Assembly (NCBI GenBank): GCA_051047955.1
Contig: JBPGPT010000009.1
Span: 248,001 to 312,000 of the forward strand
Direction: 5' to 3'
Source: Cystobasidiomycetes sp. EMM_F5
Lineage: Eukaryota
DNA: 64,000 bases
Shown: piece by piece, positions 1-15,299 of the stretch
Numbering within the stretch: position 1 is the first letter of the stretch
Layout of the letters: the number at the start of each line of letters is the position of its first letter
Translations under genes and position numbers: made by a program
The notes under the pieces: model-generated
What the model saw: only the letters and a program-made list of their open reading frames with translations
Told to the model about the DNA's origin: nothing
Databases searched by the model: none

Positions 1-3000
1 TTGTCTCCAGGCGCTTCAGCAAGTACAGTGCGAAATCGAGTCCTGCCTGGGCGAGGTTGTCAACTTCATTTATCCACTTCTTCATGGTAAGAATCGCAGT
101 GTTGCGTGTAGGCTTGTTTGGATGGGTAGCTAGGGCCAGCAGTAGGTCTATTGCTGCCTGACGTAGTGGTGGCCGTAGCATAGCTAGATCTCGCAGAGTC
201 AGGAAACCGATTTTAAGTCTGTTACAATTGTGAAGTTGAGCAAGCTCAGCAAGCAATACGAGAGTGAAAAGAAGACACTTACGTTTGTGGCTGAGTGCAC
301 ATGGCACCCACTCTTTGCATTTCGGACTTTGGGATAGATGGAAGATCAATAAAAAACTGCGAGAAGGCTGTACTCTTCTCTTTGTCTATGGACGAAGTTG
401 AAATTGCATCAAGAAGCTTTCTCAACCACTTCTCGTAAGCCGGCGGAACTGGCATGAGCGCGGCGGTATCCGCTTCGGATTGATCTCCAGAAGGTGTTGT
501 GTACCACTCCTCATTCAGCCAGAGCTTGGCGAGGTCGATTCTGCGTAGCGGACTTGAGCATGCCTGATCTGGCAAAATTAGCAGATGCAGGCTTACCTTT
601 CGGCCAAATCGCCCGTAACATAATCAAAAATCTGTTTGCGTATGGCCTCCTTCTCGGCAGCTACTTCTGCCGTCTGTTCTGTACCCTCTACGAGACCTCG
701 GGTAGCTAGGCGTGATGTTAACTGTAGCCAAAGATCTTTGTTGCCACCGCCAGCTTGAACAGCGGCACCTGAAGCGATACCAACCGTGCAGATCCGATTG
801 ATGGCCGTATGCAATAATTTGATCTTGGCTTTCTCAGATATTACCATCCCAATACCGGCAGAGTCGGTCCCACCTTTGCTATTATCCACGCTTAATGACG
901 TTGGCCCCACACGAGAACCCGGAATGCCAGACTCATCTCGCGCAGCTTCGGCCTCTGCTTCCGCTTCAGCAGCTGCTAGCGCTGCCTTATCTTTCTTCTC
1001 ACGTGCCTCGGCATCTCGCGCCCTTCCTTCGAGATCATCTTCATCGACTTCCAGCTTGAGAGGATCAATAGCAGCCGAATCTGTTTGCCGAACAGGCTCG
1101 CCGCCGCCTAGTGGAGTATGGGCTGCTGGACCCATTCCCTCACGAGCGCGATCTATAGCCATGCGCAGGGAGTCCTCGGTCATGACTTGCAAGTTCGCAA
1201 TAACGAGTTCGAGAACTGTCACTGCACTTATTTGCGTTACATCGTAATCACGTATGCCTTGTGGTACAGCTGTTGCGGCCGCATTCGCAAACGCCTGCCG
1301 TATCAGGGCCATCTGTGTCTGTAACTCTTGCCGTTCGGCAGGCGGAAGGATACCTGGAGGAGGCGTTGGTGTTGAGGCATTTGCAGTGCCTTCTAACTTT
1401 CTCCGCTTAGCCTGTATAAAGTCACCTTCACCTGCAGTCGACAGTTCATCTACTACTCGAGCCCGTTTGAGCGGAGCCTCCTCCTCCCGTCGCCTATGCT
1501 CAGCCTCGTGTGCAAGACGCATGCGTTGATCTTGTCTTTGTAAGCAGTCATTGACTTGTTGTGCGTAAGAATTGCCGTGACCCGACCGCAGTAAATGCAC
1601 AAGAGCGAGTCGCAGCGTCTTCTCTACTGAACGGACTTGTGTCGCGTTGGAAGACGTCATTGTCGACGGGGCCCAGCTTGTTAATGCATTGAAAAGCCGG
1701 CTGCTTAGGGTCGGCCGGACCTTAATGAGCAGAGACATAGAATTGATGATGGATGAAACAATGTCGGGAATACTATGAAGTTCCATCAGCAACATGACGA
1801 TGATTCAGTCAAACATGACAAACCTCGCTGAATATAATAATGATACGGCCTCTTCCGTCAACTTGGTTGCTTCGTCCTCGAGGACCCGACCATTCAGAAA
1901 TGGATGATGAGACGGGCACATGGCTAGATTGACATCGCCCCGGTTTTGCAACTAGCACGGAGTGACCAAGTCAGATGAGAGACTTGATGAAGCTGGTGGA
2001 CAGCTTACGCGAGGGTCGGCACTGCCTTTCGTTTGAGCCTGGATTATTTTCTGAATCGCCTTCATTGCAACAACACGGGCGCCCACATCGCCTGTCCTCC
2101 ACGCAGTGAGCACTGTAGCTTTGGCACGAACAGCCTTCTCCCATGGTCTGGGATCCGAAGGCGAGGAGCACCTGTATAGTTGGACAGGTCAGGTATTATT
2201 CTCCGATAGGTTTAGGCTTGTTTTGACAGTAACTCACGCCTGACGGAATAGTGAGGGATATGCAGCTGCAAAGCATTGAATTCCGAGTTTATGAACCTCT
2301 AGATCCGATGATTCCAGAAACAACAGTATGGCATCGGCGGACTGGATAACCACTGCACAGGGGTACACATAGTGGTGAAGTACACAGCAGATGGAGGTTG
2401 ATTAGAAAATGCGGAGAAATACAGTCAGCTACAAATGCTCGTTTTTAAAGCCCCGCCCGGGGACACGAAGGATCGCAAAATGGTGGCAGCAGCATGAAGC
2501 CATCGCGCAGAGACGACACACGTTAGGCATGCCCTGTCAGATTTGCTCCCAGTGCTCTGTCATGTGTGTTTGGATATCATCTTATTCTTGACGCCGAGCT
2601 CACGGACACGACAGTACAAGCATCCCGATATCGCTTCCGCCGCCAAAAAGAACACATAGTATCCATCCACCGACACTAGGCCCAGAACACCACACCACTC
2701 GTACATGCAGACGTAACTCGACTCACTGTGGGTCCGCTGCTCGCCCGAGAGAGCATTGCTCGTCACGCCTAACCGGGCTACGACCAGTTCGACGATATCT
2801 GCGATCCACCTAACCAGTACGTTTCCAGCTCTGGCAGCGACAGAGAGAATAGTAGAGTACAGAGCGGGAAGAAAGTGCGGCTGGGCTTCTATTGCGTTCC
2901 GTACGCTGGCCAGGATGGTAATCTGCTGTTCGCTGTCGCCGGGTGCACTCAGAGCTTGCGAAAAAGCAATGAGGGCGTCGTTGGCCGTCTGCAGCGCCAT
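1..3000 (-). CDS. PTA1: Symplekin/Pta1-like mRNA cleavage and polyadenylation factor (multi-exon, 3' end runs off window)
   Basis: ORFs 2560-3000, 593-1795 and 279-575 join through GT-AG introns. Contains helical symplekin-like segments (LIKVRPTLSSRLFNALTSW..QVRSVEKTLRLALVHLLR; RIDLAKLWLNEEWY). Confidence 0.85.
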
Positions 3001-3343
3001 AGTAGCTTCTTGAGGGGTTGCGCCTAGGAGCTGCAGAAAAGAAACAACGCGCTATGCACAAGGCCTAAGATTTCATAAAACTATGGCCGAAAGTGGACGA
3101 TTTGGCGAGGACGACGACGAAACTGCAGAAAGCGGGAATCCAGGCTGCCGCCGGGTGGAGCGCGACTCGGAAGAGTATGTGTTGTTGCTGCATGCATGCA
3201 GAATGGGCAGAAAGGCAGTTGCGGCCCGAGCATCAATGGGCTTGACGGAAAGGTGCAGTCCCGTTGTTCGTTCCAAGAGAGGGCGGTCGCAGTTTGCTCG
3301 GACACCTACAACTCCACAAGGCTGACCCGCCTCGACTAACAAC

Positions 3344-4094
3344 ATGGTATGCTTTTACGTGCTCATTCGTAAATCCTTGCACGGCTGACCGGGACTCGCT
3401 GGTCACAGGCTGCAAATACGCAAGTGACGGCCATTCACAATGTCCAAGTGATTTCCGGTCAGGCTGACGTTGACAACACTATACAGATCCGGTATACAGA
3501 CGCTGTTGGATGCGGAGAAGGAGGCCGCAAAGATTGTGCAGAAAGCCAGAGAGTGTGAGTTGGCCCTGCGACCAATTGAATAGACCTGCCAGCTGGGCCA
3601 AACATCCGTCCAGGCAGGCTGAAGGCTGATATTTTACCTCCGTGTATGATGTCCCCTTCGTATGCGCCGGGTGCTACGCCATAGACCGCAATCAAAGGGT
3701 CAAGGACGCCCGCGGCGAAGCTGCCAAGGAGATTGACGCCTACAAGACGAAACAGGAGAACGAATTCAAGGCCTTCGAGAAATCGGTGTGTGAAGTTGCT
3801 CTGCCTACGCACACATCTTCAATCTGACGTGTTCGCACTACCCCGGCCTTGCAGCACTCGGGCGATAACGATTCCATGCAATCCGACCTCGACAAGCGTA
3901 CTGAGGAGCAACTCTCGACGATACAGTCACAATTTGATGGTAATCGCAAGGTAGTCGTGGATAAGCTTCTGTCGAGGGTACTCGAGGTCAGCTTTCACTG
4001 GTTTTAACGCGGATCGCCCAGCTGAATATCGTATCTTGACCAGGTCGAGGCTTCACTGCATCGCAATTACAAGAAGCCGCAGACGTCTATGTAA
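3344..4094 (+). CDS. VMA10: V-type ATPase subunit G
   Basis: Spliced product MAANTSGIQTLLDAEKEAAKIVQKAREYRNQRVKDARGEAAKEIDAYK...LHRNY. Has an ATG-only first coding exon and an 11-nt exon at 3409-3419. Confidence 0.93.
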
Positions 4095-4485
4095 CGTTAC
4101 ATTCTTACGATGTAATCTCAGTAACCATTTAGAAGTGCACATCCTGTCGCCGCCCACGCATCCTAATTCCCACGGCTGACATATATGAGATACCAGCTCA
4201 CCCAATGTATGTATGCATGCTGACTTGCTTGACCGTGCTAGCCGAATTACAACGCATTGCTCTTACAATTGTCGTGACGGAAGCACTCAGAATTACGCCT
4301 TTGCTCATCGTAGTAGCAGCAATTACTAAGTCGGCCCCACAGCGAGCTAATGCATGGCATAAGTGCCGTCTAAATGCTGCGCGCTGAGGGAAGTGTAATC
4401 GATTCCAAGCTCGAGTAGCACCCATAGTGCCCGTGTATCTTGAGCAGCCAACACATGTGTTCAGAAGCAAGCCAAAGGCGGCCTT

Positions 4486-6532
4486 CTATTCGTTCTGCCC
4501 ACGTCCCCTGCCCCCTCGTGCGCCCCCTCGTGGCTGTCCGCCTGCTTGACCTCCCCTGCCAGCTTGTGCAGGACTCCCACCTCGACCGCCTGATTGGGGT
4601 GGACCACCTCGGCCAGCACCTCCTGCAAATCCACCACGGGGTGGCCGATCTCCTGTTTGACGTAACGGGCCAGACGCATCTCGCCTGTTGCCCTTTCCAG
4701 CCTCGATAGTGAGCGTGACACCATCTATCACAACTGTGCCTACCGCCAGTGCCTTCTTGAGAGCAAATTCCTTCTCAAAGTCGACATAGGCGGTGCTTTT
4801 GCTGCGGTCAATGTCGAGGTACGACAGGCGAGCGTATTCAAACTTTTGACCAGGCTCTCGAAGCGCAAACGCATCGCTCACGCGATCGCGGAGCTGCTTG
4901 TGGGCAATCTCGGGGGTAATACCGCGTAGCATGATGCTGTATGGTGTTTCAACGTTTGCATACCGCGGAGCAGTATTTGGGTCGCGTTGCTCTACTGCCC
5001 TACTAGAGGTCTGGGTCACGGCCTGAGAGGAACTGCTAGATGCGGTTGCGTTTTGATGTGGCTCTGCACGCTCGGCCGGCGTGTTCGATCCTGACGGAAC
5101 AGCAGAGGGTGTGGAGGAGGTAGATACGCCTTGCGTGTTTGCAACGACTTGCGATTTCCATTTATTACTGTTGTTGGCAGCAAGGTTCGCCCACGTTTTG
5201 GGTACCGGTGGCCCAGCCGGCTTAGGAGGTTGCGGCGCCGGTATTGATTGTTGAAGAGGCTCAACATGTGCTTGAACAGGTACCGGAGGAATTTCTCCGC
5301 CTTGTGGCGTCACAATGAATGGACCTTCGTCTTTGGTGCTCGAAAGGCCTGCATGACTGGGTCGTCTGATGGGTTCCGGTGTCCTCGAAGGTGGCACAGC
5401 AGGCTCATCGACGGCCAAAGAGCCTGACATCGAAGATGACTGAGTATCGCGTGACTCGTACTCGCCTGAGTGCACGCCGTTGGGCCGCGGCTGCGACTGG
5501 GAATTTGAGACATCATTCAGCGAAGCCGCACCAAGGTCATCGGTTAGGTGAACGACCTCTTCTGGTTCTTTGTCTTGATTCTCTGCCAGGTGTTCCAAGG
5601 TTGAGCGAGTAGCAGGTTCGATACTAGAGTCTGCTGGAGGCGCGATAGTAACACCGGCTGCCGATCCTACAGGACCATGCGAGTTTTGCAGGGCAAAGTC
5701 TGTGTGCTGCTCATAGACTTCGTGATGAGCATGTTGAGCTTGAGATTGAGGTTGAGAGGAGGTGGAGAAGGAGGTGGGTAGAACACTATCAATCGCAGCT
5801 GCGGCCGAAGAAACGATATTTGCTGCGATGGATTTTTCGCCTTGTTCGCCCGTCTCTTGCTCCTCCTCTTCGCTCTCCTCCTTTATGAAGCGGAAGATGT
5901 CGTTGAGAATGAAGTATCCATTCGGCTGTTCTGCAAGGAAGAATGTCTGTGCAAACTTCTTCCAACCTTCTCCGCGATTCGACATCTCGCCAACGACCTG
6001 GATGACGATGCCTCCCTCGGCACTGCTCATACTGTCGACAGTCGACACAAAGACCTTGCAATCTTCGTAGTTGAGCGACATGATCTTCTCATGGATTTCC
6101 TATACATCGAAACATCGTCAATTCCGTCCTAGGAAAACCAAACGGGCACTACTTACATTCTGGCCGTAACATGGAGGAATGTCTTCGCCCTCTACGCCAT
6201 GTATGAAGATTGATCGCCTGGTGTAGAAGCGATGGAGCTTGCCTGGATCCTTGTTGACAAAGGTGTAGTACTTAAAGCACGACCAGGTTGTGAGACGGAA
6301 ATTTAGAAACTAGTCTCGCCCAGCACAAGCGCAGCTAGCTAGACTTACCTGCGGTACAAACATCCATCCTATTGCAGATGCTCTGCGGAGAATCGAGTGT
6401 CGTCAGCCATCAATAACGGCCTGCTTTTTGCTCGCATGGTCGAAAAAGTTGGGTCCGCCAAAGTGGCATACAGCTGACTGCGGCAGTGCTTCGGCCAGTC
6501 CAAGCTTACTGTGATTGCGTAGTGGTAGCCAT
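4486..6532 (-). CDS. NTF2 + RRM + RGG protein (G3BP/Bre5/Nxt3 family)
   Basis: NTF2 motifs IGWMFVPQYY, LHRFY and KFAQTFFLAEQPNGYFILNDIFRF; PKTWANLAA motif; C-terminal RRM-like segment and RGG tail. Confidence 0.9.
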
Positions 6533-6685
6533 ATTTCAATGTCGAATTTCGCTTCAGCCTGCTTGAATTTCCAAGTGATGTGTTCCTGTTCGTTTGAGAC
6601 CAAGCTGTCATTGCTCGACAAACCCGATGCTGACTACAACAACACGCGTGCAAGGCAGGAGTCTAATACACAAAATTTCAACAAA

Positions 6686-8090
6686 TTAATACGGTGTGAA
6701 TCTAGCAGCCCGAGTCTGACTATCGCGCAAAGCCTGCGAATGTTCGGTTAACCAGTATTTGCCACAACAACGCTGCAAGCTTAGCCATTGCACACGGAAC
6801 TAGATGGCTCACCTTCAGTGGTGCCGGGTTTTGCGAGACTTCGGTTTCATGGCTGACAGACGCTTGTTTGCTCCACAAACAGACATGGCCGTCTTCAGAA
6901 CAAGATGCGACGAAGCCAGTAGCCAGATCTAGCCAAGTCCCGCGCACAATGTCCGTGTGTCCATTCTGTGTCAGCGTCTGCTCCAAACTCCAATCGCCAT
7001 CCAAGGGAGCCCGTAACACGGCTAGGCCGCCTCTGTAGTAAAAGTCAGCTGAATGATGAGAATATCCAACTGGTATGACGGCCTGCTTACTCTCGCGTTC
7101 CAGCGGAGATGGCCAACCCAGCACCCGTATCAATGCAGTCGATAACATAGTGTGTCTCCCACTCCGGAAGAGACACCTCTCGCAAATCACCAAACTCGCA
7201 GACAGTCGACATCTTTCACAACGCCACGTCAGCTTGCCCTAAACTTACAGCCCATATCGATAACCTACCTCGTCTGTAGCATCGTATATCGACAAGGTCT
7301 CCATATTAGTCAAGGCGAATACTCCACCCATTGGTTTGCCAGGAAGTGAAGTCCATCCGACTTTTGAAAGGCTGGCTCCGATGTTTGCAGTGTGGAGAAT
7401 GGCATCATCCTCGTCTGCAATGCGAGTGTCCATGGTTGACGTCAGGCCATCGACTGATCCGGTCAAGAGCATGTGATCTTGTTCGGGGTGGAAGGCCAGA
7501 GTGGACACGTCGTCAGAATGCGTCTCAGTATAGGCATGGATCGGTTTTCCAGGCTGTCGAATGTCACTGAAGAATGGCAGCTTTAGCCATACGATCGTTA
7601 CAAGTAAATTATCACTGTACTGACTGTATACGGACTACAGCTTCGTGCTGGAATAACTCACTTCCTACAGCCACGTAGGTGCTACTGCTGCTCGAAGCCG
7701 TGCATATGCTAGGCGCTGCATTGCTGCCTGTATACAAAGCTTAATCGCGCGTTGTTATGCGTAGAGTCAACTTGGCTTACCTTTAAACAACACGCCATCG
7801 TCAGCGCTACGAGCATCTCGAAGACTAACTCTCCCATTGGCGAAGCTAGATATCAGTAGTTGTTGGCCCTTTGGGCCGATAGTTCCTATGCTTGTCAGCC
7901 GCTCCGCGTCTTTTGTACTGCCCGCTACACGATGTTGCAGCTGCAGAGTAACGCTGTCCAGTATCTCTATTCCGGAATCGGATCCATTGACAGCGAGAAA
8001 ATCATTGTATTCGATGACGCTCAGGGTGTAGGGCACTTCATCGACAGCCAGGCTGGAAGCATATTGCGCTTTGAAGGCAAGGGACAGCAT
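6686..8090 (-). CDS. WD40-repeat protein (WDR89-like)
   Basis: HSDDVSTLAFHP..LLTGSVDGL, GHTDIVRG..SCSEDGHVCLW, and a C-terminal RFTPY. The start may be at 8132 instead. Confidence 0.8.
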
Positions 8091-8219
8091 TGCATTGTGA
8101 GCATTTCGAGCAAGCTTGGGCCGTCGCGACATGTTCGCGAAAGCCAAACGCAAGGCAAACGCGAAGTTCAAGCTGCAAAGAAGCACGTGACGCTTTCTCT
8201 AGTTCGCTCGCATTCGACA

Positions 8220-9438
8220 TCAAGGTATTCTGCTACGTTGCTTAATCTGCGTAAAGCTCCCCGACGCCAAAGGAAGTGCGCCTTCCAAGGACCCGATTTC
8301 TCCGAAAACTGCGTCCAAGGTGCCGTCATGTGCCAGCAAAACATTGATATTGGCTTCGTGATCCATACGCGCCAGTTTAGCCATAGTATCATATGCAGGG
8401 CCTGTATCGCCTACGAATTAGCGAGCTTTCTGCAACGCGCGAACTTGTCTCACCTATATCTTCTTCGAAACTTTGCAGTTTCTCTGGCTCGGTCATCGCG
8501 TAAGGCGACATTGCAAAATCTTTCGCCTTGTAGATGCCAATATGTGCCGGGCTCTCATAATCGATCAGACTTACTACGTGTGCAGCATCACCAGCCAATA
8601 GGTGGTAGAGCGGCTCGGGCTTTGTCGAAATGCAAACCAATGCAGCCAGGTGACCGTCCATGTGCTGTAAGCCTCGTTGTATTAGGGTACTCTCTATACC
8701 TAGCATATGTACGACCTACTCCAGGCGTGTCCAGAAGGTACAGACTGCCATCGCCAAAGTAGTCAATGCCATGCAGCGAGCCGACTTGCATCCAGTCTTG
8801 CCGGTCACTCAAGTGTACAATTTTGCGGGCTGTTAAGCCTCTCTCTTCGACTTGTAGACTTCCAGCCAGCTTTGTCGTATCTTGTACTTTGGAAGTATCT
8901 TGAAATTTGCCAAAGACCAAAGGAGTAGTGGGGAACTCCGTCACATCCCCGATATGGTCACTCAATTCATTTCACTTAGCGTAATGATGCAGTAGAGCTA
9001 CCGTGACGCCTACAAGTGCAGATGAGAGAATATGATCTCTTTGATATCCTCTCCAGTAAAACTAGACTCTTCAAGGACTTCTCGCGCGGATCGTTCGCAC
9101 TGGCACGGCCATACCGTGAACAGCCGTTTGGTTCTGTCATTAAAGGCTGGAGAGGACTTCAGCCCTTTGCTGTTAGCTTGCTTGGAGGTCCGCTCACCGA
9201 GATCCTTTCGGAGACCGAGATCAAAGAGGTACCGCTCGCCTTTGTGCACAATCAGGAAGGAGTAGCTTGGCAGCAAAAGGTCTTTAGCTAGATCCTGCAC
9301 AAATAGAAATCCTGGGATTTGTAGAGTGCCGATGCGCATCACATGGAGTTCGCAGGCATTTCTAGGCTTCGGAATGGATGTGAAGCGTTGCTCGCATGGC
9401 GGCAGCGGATGGAAAGAATCTACAGCCTTTTCCAACAT
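8220..9438 (-). CDS. Metallo-beta-lactamase-fold hydrolase (AHL-lactonase-like)
   Basis: LFDLGLRKD; spliced SHLHFDHIGD (HxHxDH); DYFGDGSLYLLDTPGHMDGH; LAGDAAH; LLAHD. Confidence 0.88.
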
Positions 9439-9579
9439 TGTCGTCTTAGTATTGTTATGGAGTCAGGATGTGAGCAAAGTGCCGCAAACACGTTGGTCTT
9501 CGGGTACCATTCAGGATTCTGCGCTAATTCGCAGCTAGTCATCATCACAAAGTCTACTGATTCTACACATATACTAGCT

Positions 9580-10670
9580 TCATATTCTTCCCTCGCCTTG
9601 TCTTCCTGGTAGCATACTGTCAGGAGCGTTTGGAGACTCCACATGGCTCTGCAAACCATGCTCGCAATCGTTGGGCGCCTCCTTGACATCAGACGAGGTG
9701 AATCCACCTTTCTCTTCGGTGCTGTATGCCGGCGCCTCATTGTGATAGCTGGGTGGAGCAGCTGGAGGGGCATATCCTGCTGGCGGTTGTGGAGGGGGAT
9801 TGTACCCATACGGAGGGGCGTACGTGTTATCAGTGTTGTATGGCGCTTGCGTCTGCTCCACATTCATTTCGTTCATCCTATATCGTTCGGACGCTGCAGC
9901 TGTCGTTCTTCCGAAATTAGGGTCTAGCAACTGATGGTAGTATGCTTTTGACAAGAAGTACATCAAGACTGAGCACACAGCTCCAAAAACGAGCCATGCG
10001 ACATCACGCCAGATACCTGCACGAAGACGAGACGAGCTCAGCGATCTTCACCAGCTCCGGTTTAATACCGTAACTCACCATTCGTCCAGTCTTTACTGCA
10101 CCAAGCTTGCACATCCGCATTGCTAGAGAAATCAAGGGTGTCTGATTGATTGACGTAGAAGCAGTAGGCTTGGATGTCCGACTTGAAGACAAAGTGCAGT
10201 ACTAGGCGCATTGTTTCGACCACAAATACTAGGATGCCGCCCGTGATGACTGCAATGACATAGAACTTGCCCAGATTCGGCTTGCACTGAATGCAGATTT
10301 ATGTTAGTTATACAGGTGTATACTTTCATCAGCACAGCCACACACTCTCCAAGCTGCGTAGAAGCCAAACGTCTCGAGTGATGCCAAAACGAAGAAAAGG
10401 ATGCCTTGTACAAGCAAGACCGTCGACAAGCGACTTGATAAACCATCCCCTGCGTGTTCCTTTAGTGTAAATGCCAGCAGCCGGCCCCGTGTCGGACAAA
10501 TCTGACCCACTTCTCGAGTCTCTGACATAGTCGATCCCGACGAGGAGCGACCATATAAAGCCTCCGACGGTAAAGAGAAGTACCGGTGCTCTCAACGACC
10601 TATTTCCAGTGAACCGACTGATTGTCGAATAGGCAGGCGGCGCTGCGGGTGGAGCAGGTCTGAAGTCCAT
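9580..10670 (-). CDS. Uncharacterised multi-pass membrane protein with Pro/Tyr-rich C-terminal tail
   Basis: Several hydrophobic exons separated by GT-AG introns; tail contains YAPPYGYNPPPQPPAGYAPP. Confidence 0.6.
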
Positions 10671-10988
10671 TGCGTTTATGCAGGAAGTCTGACAAGATGA
10701 GTGCTGTTTCGAGGTTGTGGTAGGCTGCAGAAGAGGGTTCCTGCAGAAAGCACTGCTGAAAGTGTCGAAGTCGTTCAATTTCCGCAGCTGCCGTCAAGAC
10801 TACGGCCTGACGGCCCGACAGGCGAGCGAGATATACGGCGAGGCTGGTATTGCAGAGTGTATAGTGACCAGTAGTCAGCTACCTGCACGGTGCTGTGTTG
10901 CGTGAACTGGCGTGCAGTCTCAAGACTTGCAGTAGTATCAGTTGTTTTCAGAAAGACCTACTAAATTAGTTTGTATCTCATTCAAAAC

Positions 10989-12202
10989 ATGGGTTCGCTG
11001 CAATGCGCAATCTGCAGCAATGCTCCAGCAGCAGCCCGACTTCTGTCTGCTCGAGCTGGCCCTTCGCGCTTAAGCGGCGTCCAGAGATCTTTGCATCGTA
11101 GTCTCCGACAGCAGGCCAGCTCTGCGGATTCAAGCACAAATGGCAATAGCGACGCATCTACGAGTAATGCAGTGGATAATGGTGCAAAAGCGGCCACATC
11201 GACCAATACCGCTGGTTTGGAGCTTCCGAAGATGCTACCTCGACCTCTGGGCGTTTCAGACTCGCCGCATCTAGAAACCAAATCATGGAAAGAAAGGATG
11301 CTCAGCCAGGAGGAGAGGCTACGTGAACGAAAGCATTTGTATGCCCGATTCATTCAAATGTTTTATGACAGTTCTGATAATGAACGCTCAGAGTCAAGCA
11401 AGCGTCAAAAGGGTACTTTGAAGATTACAATGCTCTCCGGCGTACAGGCGGGAAAGCCTGGCTAGCGCCCAAGACTTTGATACAAGAGAAGGTTCGCATA
11501 CGGATGATAATGATCCAGCAAATCGCTAACTCTCCTGCACAGGCCTCTCTATACTTTCCTGAAATTGCGGGCACCAGTATTACCAGTAAAAGTAAGGAGA
11601 TCAATACGACCGATGTCTTGAAAGGGAAGATTAGTCTTGTCGGGATGCTGAGTACTCGCGCGTCCGAGGTGAGCATCTTGCGTTCATCAGCAGTACACGC
11701 AACCTGATACCGCTACGTGCAGGCACATGTACAGTCTTATGCTGCACGTATCACTGAGGCGATGAAAAACGAACCTCTCTTCCAATTTGTCCAGATCAAT
11801 TGTCAGGAGAATCGCTTGAAATGGATCTTAGTAGGTATCTTCATTTCCTCGTTGCGGCGATCCGTTCCCCCACAGCACCGAGACACATACTTTGTGTCGA
11901 CCCAGAACCTTGAGTATCTAAGAGAGGTAAGTGGCAAAGAGCATGAGCATAAGTGTACGTTGTTCTGAGTTGATATTCGTACGCAGCCGATGGGCATGAT
12001 GAACAAGCATTGTGGATACGTCTACCTAGTTGACGAAAACGCAAAGATAAGATGGGCGGCCGCGTCTTTTGCACACACAGTTGCAGCATCCAAAAGCGAC
12101 GCCCCGCAAGCTTCCATCCGGTTCGATGAAGTCGAATCCTTGCATGCGTGTATTCAGCTACTTGTACAACGTCTGCGAGAGTCGCAGTCGCCGAAACAGT
12201 GA
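10989..12202 (+). CDS. ATP10: Mitochondrial ATP synthase assembly factor Atp10
   Basis: Presequence-like N-terminus, LPRPLGV, SLYFPEIAG, VQINCQENRLK, and GMMNKHCGYVYLVDENAKIRWAA. Confidence 0.9.
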
Positions 12203-12277
12203 TAAACTCTAGCTTTGATGGAGTTGTGCGAGTTGTAAAATACTGGGCTTGCAGACAACGCATTCTAGCCGTGAAGG

Positions 12278-13244
12278 CTATGATCCCATCAAATCAGCTA
12301 TCAGACCTGCGTTTCCTGCCAGTAAACCTCCATCAACTGTAAGGGTAACACCGGTGATCCAAGAAGCATCCTGGCTAGCGAGAAAGTAGACTGCATTTGC
12401 AACGTCTTCCGGTTGCCCTATCCGACCGAGCGGATAGTATCGCTTGAGATTGGCTAGCGTGTTGGGGTTGTTTGCCAGCCGCTCCCGCCAGAGATTGGTC
12501 TCAATGGTGCCCGGGCTGACGCAGTTCACTCGAATACCCTCGGGGCCATACCTGACTGCCAAGTTCTTGGTCAAATTAATAACGCCAGCCTTTGCAGCTG
12601 CATATGCTTCTTCGCCAATCCCCGTTTGTCCATTGACGGAAGCAATATTGACTATGCTGCCTTGTCGTCGCTGCCTCATATTGGGCAGTACGGCTCGAGT
12701 AACTAGATAGACGGATTTGAGAGCCAATGTGATGTTTTGATCCCAAATCTCTTCGGACAGCTCCAAGCTGTGGAGAGTTTGGCTGTATTAGCATCGTCAG
12801 CGAGCCAGACGTACCCCACCGTCACCTACATGTCCGAGCCGAGCGAAGCTGCGGCATTATTACATAATACATCTACCTGAGGAGGACGAGATTCACTTCA
12901 GCTACGTCTGGTAATTCCGAGAGGCGGGCATACACTCCCCACCTTGCCAAACTTCTCGAGGGCTTGTTCGACAGCTAAAGGACATTCAATACTGAGAGCC
13001 AGTGACAAGCGACACAAAACTCACCATTGTCTACGCTATTCTTGTTGCAAACGTCCATACGCAAGCCCAGGCAGATGACGCCCTCCGCTTCGACCAGAGC
13101 CTTTACGCCAGCGGTGTCGGCAATATCGCCAGCGACGATGTCGTACCCATGTTGGGCAAACTTGACAGCAGTGCTCGTACCGATACCTCCTCCTGCAGCG
13201 CCTGTTATGAAGCAACACGGCCGTCTCGGAGTTTCCGCAGACAT
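12278..13244 (-). CDS. Short-chain dehydrogenase/reductase (classical SDR)
   Basis: TGAAGGGIG, NNAA, IVNIAS, catalytic YAAAK, IRVNCVSPG, and ITGVTLTVDGG. Confidence 0.93.
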
Positions 13245-13615
13245 GATGAGCGAATTAGTAGCATAGTTCATTTGATAAGGCAGGGGAACAGGATGTCAGG
13301 TGAAGGGAGGAGAGTAGAAGTGTAAGCTGCTACGGATCAACACCATCCACTCATGTCGGCAAAGTGTCAAAGGAAAAGTGACGCCCGCTTACACCCCGGG
13401 CTACTACTTCTGATTGACGGAGGTGGAGATGGACCCGATGGCGTGAACAGGCAACTTCGGAATAATGACAAAGCGCAAGTACTCTCCTAGATTGCTGTTG
13501 AGAGCGTCCGAGCATGAGACGGCAAGACTGGCAAGACAATCGGCAGCACCAGCATAATTAGTATAACATAAGCGGATGCTGCATACGTTCCACTATCATT
13601 TCGAGGGGCGATCGA

Positions 13616-15299
<1,684 letters not shown>

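Noticed and set aside
2536..2582. Box C/D snoRNA in the PTA1 intron (ATGATA...CTGA on the minus strand)
   Set aside because: Box C is imperfect, the span is too short, and I recognised no rRNA-complementary guide.
7860..8762. 300-aa plus-strand ORF and similar long antisense ORFs (e.g. 19277-19837)
   Set aside because: They are shadows of well-supported genes on the opposite strand.
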